This document shows, piece by piece, positions 9,294 to 18,144 of a stretch of 64,000 nucleotides of DNA. The notes beneath the pieces are model-generated. The model had not been told where the DNA came from, did not search any database, and was given only the letters and a program-made list of their open reading frames with translations. The first letter of the stretch is position 1. Each line of letters starts with the position of its first letter. The stretch spans positions 5,024,001-5,088,000 of the forward strand of contig CBDETY010000003.1 in the NCBI GenBank assembly GCA_965243025.1. Reading direction: 5' to 3'. The stretch comes from Candidatus Latescibacterota bacterium (GTDB taxonomy: Bacteria > Latescibacterota > UBA2968 > UBA8231). A program made the translations under genes and the position numbers.

Positions 9294-10163
9294 GTGAGCT
9301 GGTTCGATAAAATGAAGAGCGGGATTCTGACCCGCATCCGCCGCGAGATTCCGGAGGGTATCTGGTCGAAATGCGAGCAATGCGGCGAGACAACCTACAA
9401 CAATGCTCTCGAGCGGAGCGGCTGGATCTGCCCCGGCTGCGGAAATCACCTTCACATAGGCTTCGACAAATACGTCGAACTGTTGCTCGACCGCGGGACA
9501 GTCGAGCAGATCAATGCCGGCATCTCCACCGCCGATCCGCTTCGCTTTCGCGATCACCGCCGCTACACCGACCGGATCCGGGACGGGCGCAAGGCCAGCA
9601 ACCTCAACGAAGCGGTGTGGACCGGAACAGGTTTGCTCGACGGCCACCAGGTTGCTTTGGGAATCATGGATACCCGCTACATTCTCGGAAGCATGGGCGG
9701 GGCCACGGGTGAGAAAGTCGCGCGCTTGATAGATCGCGCCCTCGTCGACCGGCGGACCTTGATCATCGTTTGCCAGTCGGGCGGAGCCCGCATGCAGGAG
9801 AGCACCTACTCGCTGATGCAGATGGCCAAAATCAGCTCCCGGCTGCGCCGTCTCTCGGATGCCGGCCTGCTTTACGTGTCGGTGTTGACCGACCCGACGT
9901 ACGGGGGAGTGACCGCCAGCTTCGCCATGCTCGGGGATGTCATCCTCGCCGAGCCGGGGGCCCGCGTCGGGTTCGCAGGACCCTCCGTCATCAAGCAGTT
10001 TCTCGGAGTCGACGAGCTGCCGGACGGTTTCCAGATAGCCGAGAACGTACTGAGGCACGGGTTCGTCGATCGGGTGGTGCGCCGGGATGAACTGGTCCCC
10101 ACTCTGTCCCGGCTGATGGCCCTGCTTGCTCCCGAGCCCGCCCGAGCCGCCGTCGCCGGCTGA
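9294..10163 (+). CDS. accD: Acetyl-CoA carboxylase carboxyltransferase beta subunit
   Basis: C4 zinc finger 'WSKCEQC..CPGC', 'GSMGGATGEK', 'SGGARMQES', 'DPTYGGVTASFA', 'GFAGPSVI'. GTG start with SD GAGGGGAG. Confidence 0.96.
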   Translation: MSWFDKMKSGILTRIRREIPEGIWSKCEQCGETTYNNALERSGWICPGCGNHLHIGFDKYVELLLDRGTVEQINAGISTADPLRFRDHRRYTDRIRDGRKASNLNEAVWTGTGLLDGHQVALGIMDTRYILGSMGGATGEKVARLIDRALVDRRTLIIVCQSGGARMQESTYSLMQMAKISSRLRRLSDAGLLYVSVLTDPTYGGVTASFAMLGDVILAEPGARVGFAGPSVIKQFLGVDELPDGFQIAENVLRHGFVDRVVRRDELVPTLSRLMALLAPEPARAAVAG

Positions 10164-10260
10164 GACCGGTTTTGGCCGAATCGACCCGGCCCCGATATCT
10201 ACCCCTCCCGCTTCTCGCCCGCGCCTTTTCCATATAGTAAGCGCACCCGGGTTTTTCCGG

Positions 10261-11604
10261 TCAGAAAATGTTGCGGAATTTGAGACTGGTGTAGTTCTGC
10301 TCCTCGGAGAACCCGATTTCCAGGCGGATCACGAAATCCGAGTTCCAGTAAAGCCGTTGTGCAGCCCCTGCGGTCCAGTGCATTTCGAACATGTTCAGTC
10401 TTTTCAGTCCCGGCTGCGCCTGGCCCGAATCGATGAAAAGCACCGTGTGCCATTCGAGGTACTGCTTGAACAGGTGGTCCGACCGCACGTGACAGCGGAG
10501 CTCGGTATTGGTGATAACCCGGACGTTGTCGGTGAAGCGCTGTCGGTCGAAGCCCCGCAGGGAATCGGACCCGCCGAGTCCCTTCAAGCGGCGGCTCCCT
10601 CCTATTTCTCCGTAGGCGTACAGTGGCACGGTGCCTTTCAGGATATCGAGAACCGTACGGTGGGCGAGATTTAGACGGGTCGACAGGGGAAGAAAGCGGC
10701 TGTCGGTGAGTGTCGAACGCTGAAAGTCGATCTGCTCGAACAGCAATCCCAGCAACGAATTGCGCGACGATTCGTACGACCATTCGTGAAAGGTCCCGGT
10801 TCTGGGGATAACCGGGTCGTCCCGGGTGTCCCAGCGCACGGTGATGCTCGCGAATCCGGTGATTCCGTCCTTGACGCCGTCCGGGGTGTCGTTGACGACA
10901 TAGAACGCCGTGTCGCCGCGCCGGTCGATGTCGGTGCGTTCCAGTCCGAAGCCGACCGAGAGGAGCATGGGACCGTAGATCTTCCGCAGGAGGTTCATCA
11001 GCAGCCGGGGAGAGCTGAGTATGTAGTGGTAATAGTCCTTGTCGATAAACGAGGGGTGATTCCGGTCCACGAACCCCTTGTTGTTCTCGCTGTCGTTTCC
11101 AAGTCCGTAGTAACGCACGCCGATATCCCGCTTGACGCTGGCCAGCAGGCGTACCCCGAAACCGGTTCCGGAGATACGGGGCACCTTGAGCTTCAGGAAG
11201 TAGTTGATGCGGCCGTTGGTGGAGTTCTGTGAGAAGAAAGTCAGCTTGAACCGGTATGGCCTGCGGCTGTAGTCGGCCAGCTGCAACCGCGTTCCGTAGT
11301 TCCATCCAGTGGAGGGGCTGAAGTATAGAATAGGGAGACCGGTGAACCCGTAGTCGACGCCGCCAATGGTGAACTGGCGTCTTTTTGCCATCCAGCGAAC
11401 CGCTTCCAGTTTGCCTGGTATCGAGTTCGCCGAGTCGGAAGCAACAGCGTTTTGTGCGTCGCCGGAATCGGTGTCCGCAATCGCCGCGGACGGCTGGAGC
11501 CCTGGCCCCGCGATCATCCAGAAAGCGGCGGAAAGCAGGAAGGCGGCCGCCACCCCTGCCTGCCGGGGGTATGTGGGCAGGTGCGCGCGCCGGGGAGGTG
11601 TCAC
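10261..11604 (-). CDS. Omp85/BamA-TamA-family beta-barrel outer-membrane protein, apparently without POTRA domains
   Basis: Signal peptide. 'WDTRDDPVIPRTG' and 'LGGSDSLRGFDRQRFTD' (Omp85 loop-6 RGF motif). C-terminal 'LKFRNIF' beta-signal. Only 447 aa. Confidence 0.8.
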   Translation of the reverse strand: MTPPRRAHLPTYPRQAGVAAAFLLSAAFWMIAGPGLQPSAAIADTDSGDAQNAVASDSANSIPGKLEAVRWMAKRRQFTIGGVDYGFTGLPILYFSPSTGWNYGTRLQLADYSRRPYRFKLTFFSQNSTNGRINYFLKLKVPRISGTGFGVRLLASVKRDIGVRYYGLGNDSENNKGFVDRNHPSFIDKDYYHYILSSPRLLMNLLRKIYGPMLLSVGFGLERTDIDRRGDTAFYVVNDTPDGVKDGITGFASITVRWDTRDDPVIPRTGTFHEWSYESSRNSLLGLLFEQIDFQRSTLTDSRFLPLSTRLNLAHRTVLDILKGTVPLYAYGEIGGSRRLKGLGGSDSLRGFDRQRFTDNVRVITNTELRCHVRSDHLFKQYLEWHTVLFIDSGQAQPGLKRLNMFEMHWTAGAAQRLYWNSDFVIRLEIGFSEEQNYTSLKFRNIF

Positions 11605-11620
11605 TGGCTTTTTGCGGATT

Positions 11621-12460
11621 TCAGCGCCTGGTTGCTCCCCGTTCGAATCGACAGCGGTCTTGGGAACTGGCTTCCACGTTGAGATCGAATCGAAGCGGGG
11701 TCATCGCCACGGCCCCGTCGGCGAGGGTTTTCAGGTCCCCGCGTCGACCTGACGGGACGGCGGGATTGGCGAAAAAATCCAGTTTATCGAAACCATACGC
11801 GTAACCCCCTTTCCCAGTCTCCTGGAAGAAGGATCCGTAGCGGCAATCGGTGACTCCAGCGAAGCGCCTCGGGCTGTCCCGGGTTACACCTGGCGGCATG
11901 TTTACCGAGAGAATGGAAGCTTCGGAGGGCAGACCGCCTGCCAGTACCTCGCCGACGATCTCAGCCGCTACCGAGGCGGCCCTGCAAAAGGTTTTGCCCA
12001 GGCGGCCGGGGTTGCGGTTCGTCCTCCAGTCCCGGTAGTCCTCGCTGCGCAGCTGCAAAGAAAAAGCCACCGCGGGAATGCCGCTGAGCATGCCCTCGAC
12101 AGCCGCGCCGATGGTGCCGGAGCTGAGCAGGTAAGCCAGACCTGCATTGGCGCCGATGTTGATGCCGGAAACCAGCAGCGAAGGTTTGCCCGGCCTGAGT
12201 TTGTGGATTCCGAGGTTGGCGCAGTCGGCCGGGGAGCCGTTCGCAGTGAAGAACGGAATGCTTTCGCGTTCCCGGGGGGTGAGTTCCACCTCGCCGAAGC
12301 GGCTCATGGTCTTCGAGGACCAGCTGTACTCCCGATCGGGGACAAGGGCGCTCACCTCCGACCGGGCCAGCAACTCCCGCATCAACGGCACCAATCCCGG
12401 GGAATCGCACCCATCGTCATTGGTCACCAGCACCCAGGAAGTCTCATCCCTGACGGTCAT
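11621..12460 (-). CDS. surE: 5'/3'-nucleotidase SurE
   Basis: 'VLVTNDDG', 'GSPADC', 'SGINIGANAG..SGTIGAAVEG', 'IPAVAFS'. Confidence 0.93.
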   Translation of the reverse strand: MTVRDETSWVLVTNDDGCDSPGLVPLMRELLARSEVSALVPDREYSWSSKTMSRFGEVELTPRERESIPFFTANGSPADCANLGIHKLRPGKPSLLVSGINIGANAGLAYLLSSGTIGAAVEGMLSGIPAVAFSLQLRSEDYRDWRTNRNPGRLGKTFCRAASVAAEIVGEVLAGGLPSEASILSVNMPPGVTRDSPRRFAGVTDCRYGSFFQETGKGGYAYGFDKLDFFANPAVPSGRRGDLKTLADGAVAMTPLRFDLNVEASSQDRCRFERGATRR

Positions 12461-12546
12461 CGAACACCATTTGGCATCGCTCGAAGCGAGTGGTTGACGG
12501 CCGGAACCGGTCGGATTCCGACCCTTCTCTCACGCCCTCGGAAGAT

Positions 12547-12575
12547 ATACTATCAACAAATCGGCTGTGCACCAA
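12547..12575 (-). promoter_or_regulatory. Putative sigma70 promoter for surE
   Basis: On the minus strand, TTGGTG-17 nt-TAGTAT in the AT-richer divergent gap. Confidence 0.35.
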
Positions 12576-12649
12576 CCAGCGATTTGATTATCTTGTGTAA
12601 ATGATGTACAGGCTTTGGGTTAAGAGCGTTTTTCGGGTGTGCGGACAGC

Positions 12650-12961
12650 ATGGATAATGCAGCGATTCACCGCGAGCTCGAGGCGGTTACGGAACAGCTC
12701 GGAGTCGAGATCCGTGTCGCTGATCTGGAGGGTAGCAGGGGGGGCATTTGCAGGCTCGGCGAAAAGCGATTCCTGCTGGTCGACGCCAACCTGTCCCTGG
12801 CAGAACGTGTTCGGCTGATGCTCGACGAGATCGTCAATCTGCCGCTGGAGACGGTTTTCGTGCGGCCTCAGGTGCGGGAACTGCTCGAAGCCCGGGGCGT
12901 CGGTTTCCCCCCGAAAGCATCGCCCCGACGACCGTCGGAAAACGGGAAAACCTCTGCATAG
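12650..12961 (+). CDS. Hypothetical protein resembling the ImmA/IrrE N-terminal region but lacking HExxH
   Basis: 103 aa, coding-like composition; 'LGVEIR..GGICRLG..LLVDANLSLAERV'. Confidence 0.7.
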   Translation: MDNAAIHRELEAVTEQLGVEIRVADLEGSRGGICRLGEKRFLLVDANLSLAERVRLMLDEIVNLPLETVFVRPQVRELLEARGVGFPPKASPRRPSENGKTSA

Positions 12962-13008
12962 TCTCCGGCACGAGGTTGGCTGCTGAAGCAGTCCCCCCCC
13001 GGGAATCC

Positions 13009-13037
13009 TTGCCGGGTGAACGGCAGCTCTGTATATT
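13009..13037 (+). promoter_or_regulatory. Putative sigma70 promoter for rpmI-rplT
   Basis: TTGCCG (13009-14), 17 nt, TATATT (13032-37), 33 nt before the rpmI ATG. Confidence 0.6.
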
Positions 13038-13070
13038 CTGAGATTTGCCCAAACGCCAAACCCCCGCAAA

Positions 13071-13268
13071 ATGCCCAAGCTCAAGACACACAGGTCTTCC
13101 GGCAAGCGTTTCAAGAGACGCGGCGGCTCCAATCTGAAACGGCAGAAGGCATATGGCACCCATATGCTGCGCAAGCGATCTACGAAGCGAAAGCGGGAAT
13201 TGCGGAAGAACCTCGCAGTCTCCGCTGCCGACAGCGCCAACGTCAGGCGCGCCCTGGGAATGAAGTAG
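13071..13268 (+). CDS. rpmI: 50S ribosomal protein L35
   Basis: 'MPKLKTHRSSGKRFK...HMLRKRSTKRKREL'; lies upstream of rplT. Confidence 0.97.
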   Translation: MPKLKTHRSSGKRFKRRGGSNLKRQKAYGTHMLRKRSTKRKRELRKNLAVSAADSANVRRALGMK

Positions 13269-13271
13269 CCC

Positions 13272-13625
13272 ATGCCCCGCGCCAAGAACAGCGTCGCATC
13301 CAGACGGCGGCGAAAAAAGGTCCTGAAACAGGCCAAGGGGTACTTTGGTGCCCGAGGGCGTCTGTTCAGGACTGCCAGGGAGGCGGTGAACCGCGCCCAG
13401 GCATACGCATACCGCGACCGGCGCAATCGAAAGCGTGATTTTCGTCGTCTTTGGATTGCCCGTATCAACGCGGCCGCCCGCCTGCATGGACTGTCTTACA
13501 GTCAGTTGATGAACGGCCTTTCCCGGGCCGACATCGCCGTAAACCGCAAAATCCTCGCCGATCTGGCCGTTCGCGACCCAGGCGCATTTGCGTCGGTCGT
13601 TGAAGAGGCCAAGTCACACCTGTAG
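13272..13625 (+). CDS. rplT: 50S ribosomal protein L20
   Basis: '[48 protein letters not shown]'. Confidence 0.98.
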   Translation: MPRAKNSVASRRRRKKVLKQAKGYFGARGRLFRTAREAVNRAQAYAYRDRRNRKRDFRRLWIARINAAARLHGLSYSQLMNGLSRADIAVNRKILADLAVRDPGAFASVVEEAKSHL

Positions 13626-13658
13626 GTCGCGAGCCTGTGGGGCGTCGACTTCGAGCCC

Positions 13659-13826
13659 CTAGTGCCCCGTCGCAGAAATATCTCGACATTGGGACACCGA
13701 TCCATCCCGGCTCACGGCGTTGCCTTCGCTCGCCGTACACCCTCGGTACGACTCGCTCAGGCGCCTTGTGAGCCGGGCGCCTCGGCGTCCCAATTTTGTC
13801 AATCTATCTCTGCGACGGGACACTAG
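13659..13826. mobile_element. 168-bp palindromic MITE-like element (or structured RNA)
   Basis: Ends CTAGTGCCCCGTCGCAGAAATA (13659-80) and TATCTCTGCGACGGGACACTAG (13805-26) are inverted repeats matching at 20/22, with CTAG at both termini. Nested inner arms: GACATTGGGACACCGA/TCGGCGTCCCAATTTTGTC, CCCGGCTCAC/GTGAGCCGGG, and an apical GTAC-N7-GTAC. No convincing CDS. Confidence 0.65.
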
Positions 13827-13927
13827 CGACTCGCGGCGTTCCACTTTTTTCAATCATTCCCACCGACCGACCGAACCGATGGTCGTTCCGATGATGTGTC
13901 AACGGTGCGCTGCGGTGGAGTCAGGCA

Positions 13928-14941
13928 ATGCTGAACGAGATCGAGATACTGAAAGCGCATGCTGAAGAAGTGATCGCCGCGGCGAAGGACGAGAAGACTC
14001 TGGAAGAGGTACGGGTTCAGCTCACCGGTCGAAGAAGCCGTATGCGCGAGATCATGAGCGGCATCGGATCCCTTCCTGCCGAACAAAGGCCTGCCGCAGG
14101 GCAGGCCGGGAGCGAGCTTCGGTCGGCGATCGAACAAGCCTTGGCATCCAGGCGCCGCCAACTCAAAGAGGAAAGCGAAGCCGAAGAAGCCCTCGACGTA
14201 ACGTTACCCGGCAGGAAGCCGGCAACAGGCAAGCTTCATCCTCTGACCCGGGTTGCAAATGAGGTAATCGATATCCTCAGGGGCATGGGATTCGCCATCG
14301 CCGACGGTCCGGAAATCGAGGACGAGTATCACAACTTCGACGCCCTGAACACCCCGGCCAATCACCCCGCCCGCGATCTGCACGCTACCATCTACCTCGA
14401 GAATGGCGAGCTGCTCCGAACGCAGACTTCGACCGTGCAGATACGAGTAATGGAGCAGATGAATCCTCCGGTCCGCGTCATCAGTCCGGGCCGTTGCTAC
14501 CGGCGTGACAACATCGACGCCACTCACCACGTGGTTTTCCACCAGATCGAGGGGCTTTACGTCGACAAGGGGGTCTCGATGGCCGACTTGAAGGGCACCT
14601 TGACGGCGATCGGGCGGGGAATTCTGGGCGAGGGTATCCAGACCAGGTTGAGGCCCCACTTCTTTCCCTTTACCGAACCCAGCGTCGAGTGTGATTTCTC
14701 CTGCAGTCTGTGCGAGGGCAAGAAGCGTACCTGCCGAGTCTGCAAAGGCAGCGGCTGGATCGAAGTCGCAGGCGCCGGCATGGTCGATCCGAACGTGTTC
14801 GAGGCGGTTGGATACGACCCGGAGGTGTACACCGGGTTCGCGTTCGGGCTCGGTTTCGAGCGGATCGAGATGATTCGCCGCGGCATCGACGATATCCGCC
14901 TTTTTCTCGAAAACGACCTGCGCTTCACCCGCCAGTTCTGA
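13928..14941 (+). CDS. pheS: Phenylalanine-tRNA ligase alpha subunit
   Basis: 'NFDALNTPANHPARD', 'LLRTQTS', 'FHQIEGL', 'RPHFFPFTEPS', 'GFAFGLGFER'; contains a Cys-rich CxxC..CxxC insert. Confidence 0.98.
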   Translation: MLNEIEILKAHAEEVIAAAKDEKTLEEVRVQLTGRRSRMREIMSGIGSLPAEQRPAAGQAGSELRSAIEQALASRRRQLKEESEAEEALDVTLPGRKPATGKLHPLTRVANEVIDILRGMGFAIADGPEIEDEYHNFDALNTPANHPARDLHATIYLENGELLRTQTSTVQIRVMEQMNPPVRVISPGRCYRRDNIDATHHVVFHQIEGLYVDKGVSMADLKGTLTAIGRGILGEGIQTRLRPHFFPFTEPSVECDFSCSLCEGKKRTCRVCKGSGWIEVAGAGMVDPNVFEAVGYDPEVYTGFAFGLGFERIEMIRRGIDDIRLFLENDLRFTRQF

Positions 14942-14992
14942 CAGGCACGGTTTCCCGTGGTCGCCATGCCGACCACAACTGCGAGCTGAGTT

Positions 14993-17374
14993 TTGAAAGT
15001 CACCCTCAATTGGCTCCGGGAGTACATCGACTTCGACTGGGACGCGGCCGAGCTCGAAAATCGCCTTACCATGTCCGGCCTGGAGTCCGAATCGCTGGAT
15101 GATCTCGGCGAGCGCTACCGCGGCGTTGTGGTCGGACGCGTAATGGCCCGTTCTCGACACCCCCGGGCCGACAGGCTGAGTGTTTGTCAGGTCGATGTCG
15201 GCGAAGCCGACAGGGCGACCATTGTCTGCGGTGCTCCAAACGTCGCCCCCGGGCAGAAGGTCGCCGTGATCCTCCCGGGCCACTCCCTCCCGAACGGCAC
15301 CGGGATAGAGCGAACCCGTATCAGGGGAGTGGAGTCGGAGGGCATGATCTGTTCGGAGGCGGAACTCGATCTCGGCACGGACGCCGACGGCATCCTCGTG
15401 CTTCCAGCCGACTGCGGGGTGGGAACGCCGTTCGCCGAAGCCACAGGACTCGATGACGTGGTCGTGGAATTCGAGGTCACCCCCAACCGCCCCGACTGCC
15501 TCTCCGTCGTCGGGATCGCAAGGGAAATACGGGCCCTGACCGGAGCGGAGCTCAGGCGGCCCGAAGAGGAACCAGCCGCATCGGGTGAATCAGGTTCAGC
15601 TTCGGCCAGCGTCGAGATCGAAGATGCGGCAGGCTGTCCGCGTTACGTCTGCCGGGTTGTGCGCGGCGTCGGAATCGGCCCCTCTCCGGTGTGGATGCAG
15701 CGTCGTCTGCAGGCGGTGGGAATGCGTCCTGTCAACAACGTCGTCGACGTGACCAACTTCGCCATGCTCGAACTTGGACAACCCCTTCACGCATTCGACC
15801 TGGCGACGATTCCCGACGGGAGCGTGGTTGTTCGCAGGGCGCGGGTCGGGGAGCGTCTGCGGTTGCTGGATGACAGGGACTGCGACCTCGATGAAAGCAT
15901 CCTGGTGATTGCTGACTGCCGGCGTCCGATCGCTCTCGCCGGAATCATGGGGGGCGCGGAGACCGAAGTGACCGGCAGGACAACCGACATCCTCCTGGAG
16001 TCGGCCTACTTTTCGCCGGAAACCGTTCGAGCCGGGGCTCGGCGGCTGGGCGTGAGCACCGAGGCATCCGCCCGCTTTGAGCGCGGAACCGACTGGGAGT
16101 TGCCGCCACTGGCCAGCGACAGGGCAGCAGGTTTGCTCGCGGAGTTGACCGGGGGAACCGTGGCTCCCGGTCGTATCGATGCCTACCCCTCTCCCTTGCA
16201 GCGGCCGAGAGTTCCACTGCGTACGGAGCGGGTAAATGCCCTGTTGTCCACGCGGTTGCGGGCGCGCGATTGCAAGCGGATTCTCGAACTGCTGGGGTGC
16301 GAGGTCGAACCTCGGGACGAAACCCTGCAGGTAACGGTTCCCGGGTTTCGTCCCGACCTCCGGCGCGAGGTCGACCTCGTCGAGGAAGTTGGCCGCATTT
16401 ACGGGTTCGACCGCATCGAAGCGAGCAGTTCTCTTCGGGGTCCGCTGGAAAACACGGTGGTCAGCGACTTCGAGATCCAGCAGGGGTTTCGCCAGCGAAT
16501 GACCGCCGCGGGAGTCGACGAGGTAGTGACCAGTACCATCGTCGACGGCGGTTGGACCTCTTGGAACCGGTTGCCGTCCGCCCCGGCTCTGGCCAATCCG
16601 GCGACCTCCAGCGACGTGTTGCGGTCTTCCCTCATACCCAGCCTCGCCGATGTCGCTCGCCGCAATTTCAACCGTCGCACCCGCACGGTCTGCATTTTCG
16701 AGATCGGGAAGTGTTTCCTCGATGGAGATGCCCAGGCAACAGCCCTCCACACCGAAAATCTGAGACTGGGTGGACTGTGGTTCGGTCTCGGAAAGGAGTC
16801 TTCCTGGCGGGATGAGCGTCGGCAGGTGGACTTTCTCGACTTGAAAGGTCTGATCGAGTCGGTAACGGAGGATCTGGACCCCGGGATTCACAGCGGAGCC
16901 CATCCCCTGATGCGCGTCGGGCACTGCGCCGAACTGAGCATTTCCGGGAAACCGGCGGGAAATCTCGGAGAGTGCAGCCGGGAACTTCGCGAAGCATTTG
17001 ATCTGCCTGAACCTGTGTATATTTTTGAGCTGGAATTCGAGGTGTTGGCGACGGCTTGGAAGGCGCGCGAGGCAGCCTTTCGGCCGCCCCCGAAGTTCCC
17101 CCCGATCGAACGCGATCTCGCGATCGTGCTGGATGAGTCGGTTCCGGCAGGCGAAGTCATCGCCGCTGTCCGGCAGGTCGATCCGAAGCTGATCGAATTC
17201 GTCGAGTTGTTCGATGTCTACACCGGCGACCAGGTAGGGCCTGGTGAAAAGAGTCTTGCCTTCAACCTGCGTTTGCGCTCGCCTGAGCGCACTTTGCAGG
17301 ATCGGGAGGCGGACGAGGTAATCGCGGGTGTGCTGGCGGATTTGGGGAGAGCTTTCGGTGTCAGGTTGCGATAA
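14993..17374 (+). CDS. pheT: Phenylalanine-tRNA ligase beta subunit
   Basis: TTG start 'MKVTLNWLREY', 'IVCGAPNV', 'VTPNRPDCLS', 'GQPLHAFD', FDX-ACB 'FPPIERDLA..LFDVYTG'. Confidence 0.98.
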   Translation: MKVTLNWLREYIDFDWDAAELENRLTMSGLESESLDDLGERYRGVVVGRVMARSRHPRADRLSVCQVDVGEADRATIVCGAPNVAPGQKVAVILPGHSLPNGTGIERTRIRGVESEGMICSEAELDLGTDADGILVLPADCGVGTPFAEATGLDDVVVEFEVTPNRPDCLSVVGIAREIRALTGAELRRPEEEPAASGESGSASASVEIEDAAGCPRYVCRVVRGVGIGPSPVWMQRRLQAVGMRPVNNVVDVTNFAMLELGQPLHAFDLATIPDGSVVVRRARVGERLRLLDDRDCDLDESILVIADCRRPIALAGIMGGAETEVTGRTTDILLESAYFSPETVRAGARRLGVSTEASARFERGTDWELPPLASDRAAGLLAELTGGTVAPGRIDAYPSPLQRPRVPLRTERVNALLSTRLRARDCKRILELLGCEVEPRDETLQVTVPGFRPDLRREVDLVEEVGRIYGFDRIEASSSLRGPLENTVVSDFEIQQGFRQRMTAAGVDEVVTSTIVDGGWTSWNRLPSAPALANPATSSDVLRSSLIPSLADVARRNFNRRTRTVCIFEIGKCFLDGDAQATALHTENLRLGGLWFGLGKESSWRDERRQVDFLDLKGLIESVTEDLDPGIHSGAHPLMRVGHCAELSISGKPAGNLGECSRELREAFDLPEPVYIFELEFEVLATAWKAREAAFRPPPKFPPIERDLAIVLDESVPAGEVIAAVRQVDPKLIEFVELFDVYTGDQVGPGEKSLAFNLRLRSPERTLQDREADEVIAGVLADLGRAFGVRLR

Positions 17375-17394
17375 AGACAGGAGAAACGAGCGGG

Positions 17395-17673
17395 ATGGGA
17401 GTAGATGGAAATTTCAGGCGCCTGGAAAGTGAGGTTAACCGCCTCCTGGGGGTGCTGGAGCAGTTCCGGCAGGAGAACGAGACGCTTCGAGCGCAGGTGG
17501 AAGCCGGTGAATCGCTCAAGGTCGAGATTGAAGAGCTGAAGACCCGGCTCGTGAAGGCAGATGAAGAGAACCGCCAGGCGACCGAGGATCGGGAGCAGGT
17601 CAGGGAAAAAATCCAGGAGATCCTGACTCGTCTCGAGCAGGTTGCAATCGAGCATCCAGAGGCAGCAGAATAA
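17395..17673 (+). CDS. zapB: ZapB-like coiled-coil cell-division protein
   Basis: 92-aa coiled coil in the conserved pheT-zapB-zapA-rny context. Confidence 0.65.
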   Translation: MGVDGNFRRLESEVNRLLGVLEQFRQENETLRAQVEAGESLKVEIEELKTRLVKADEENRQATEDREQVREKIQEILTRLEQVAIEHPEAAE

Positions 17674-17721
17674 ACCCACACCCCGCTGGGAGTAACGGGA
17701 ACACCTTCCAGGGGAGGATCG

Positions 17722-18132
17722 ATGGACAGCGATCGCAGCAGCGGAGTGGATGTCGACATTCTCGACCGGAAGTACACCTTTGCCAGCAAGGACGCCGCCA
17801 CTTCACGGCAGATCGCAGAAATAGCAGCCCTGGTCGACGAAAAATTGAGGCGCGTTCAATCGGTCCACGGCTCCCGGCCTCCCCGGCATTCGGCAATTAT
17901 CGCCGCCCTCGAGTTGATCGACGAGCTTTTTTGTCTTCGCCAGCGCTATCAGTCGACGGAGGCCGATATAGCCATCCGCACCTCTCGCCTGACGACCAGT
18001 CTAGGCAGGTTGTTGCAGGATGTCGGTCCTCGCTGGCCCTCCGGAACCCGGGCTGAACGGCAAGCCGTCGCTGATTGGGACCGGCAGCAACCCCCCGCTG
18101 CCGAGGCGAATCCTGCCCGGGAAGATTCATAG
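17722..18132 (+). CDS. zapA: Cell division protein ZapA (with extended C-terminal tail)
   Basis: 'VDVDILDRKYTF..IAALVDEKLRRV..AIIAALELIDELF'; SD GGGGAGGA; gene context. Confidence 0.85.
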   Translation: MDSDRSSGVDVDILDRKYTFASKDAATSRQIAEIAALVDEKLRRVQSVHGSRPPRHSAIIAALELIDELFCLRQRYQSTEADIAIRTSRLTTSLGRLLQDVGPRWPSGTRAERQAVADWDRQQPPAAEANPAREDS

Positions 18133-18144
18133 ATCCAAAAAGAA

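Noticed and set aside
9261-9296. Anti-sigma TGA is in frame with accD through an open 30-nt spacer
   Set aside because: accD has its own strong SD and a normal N-terminus; no redox motif or SECIS-like hairpin, so read-through is unsupported.
13827-13927. Possible T-box or pheM-type attenuator before pheS
   Set aside because: No T-box consensus and no Phe-rich leader peptide seen.
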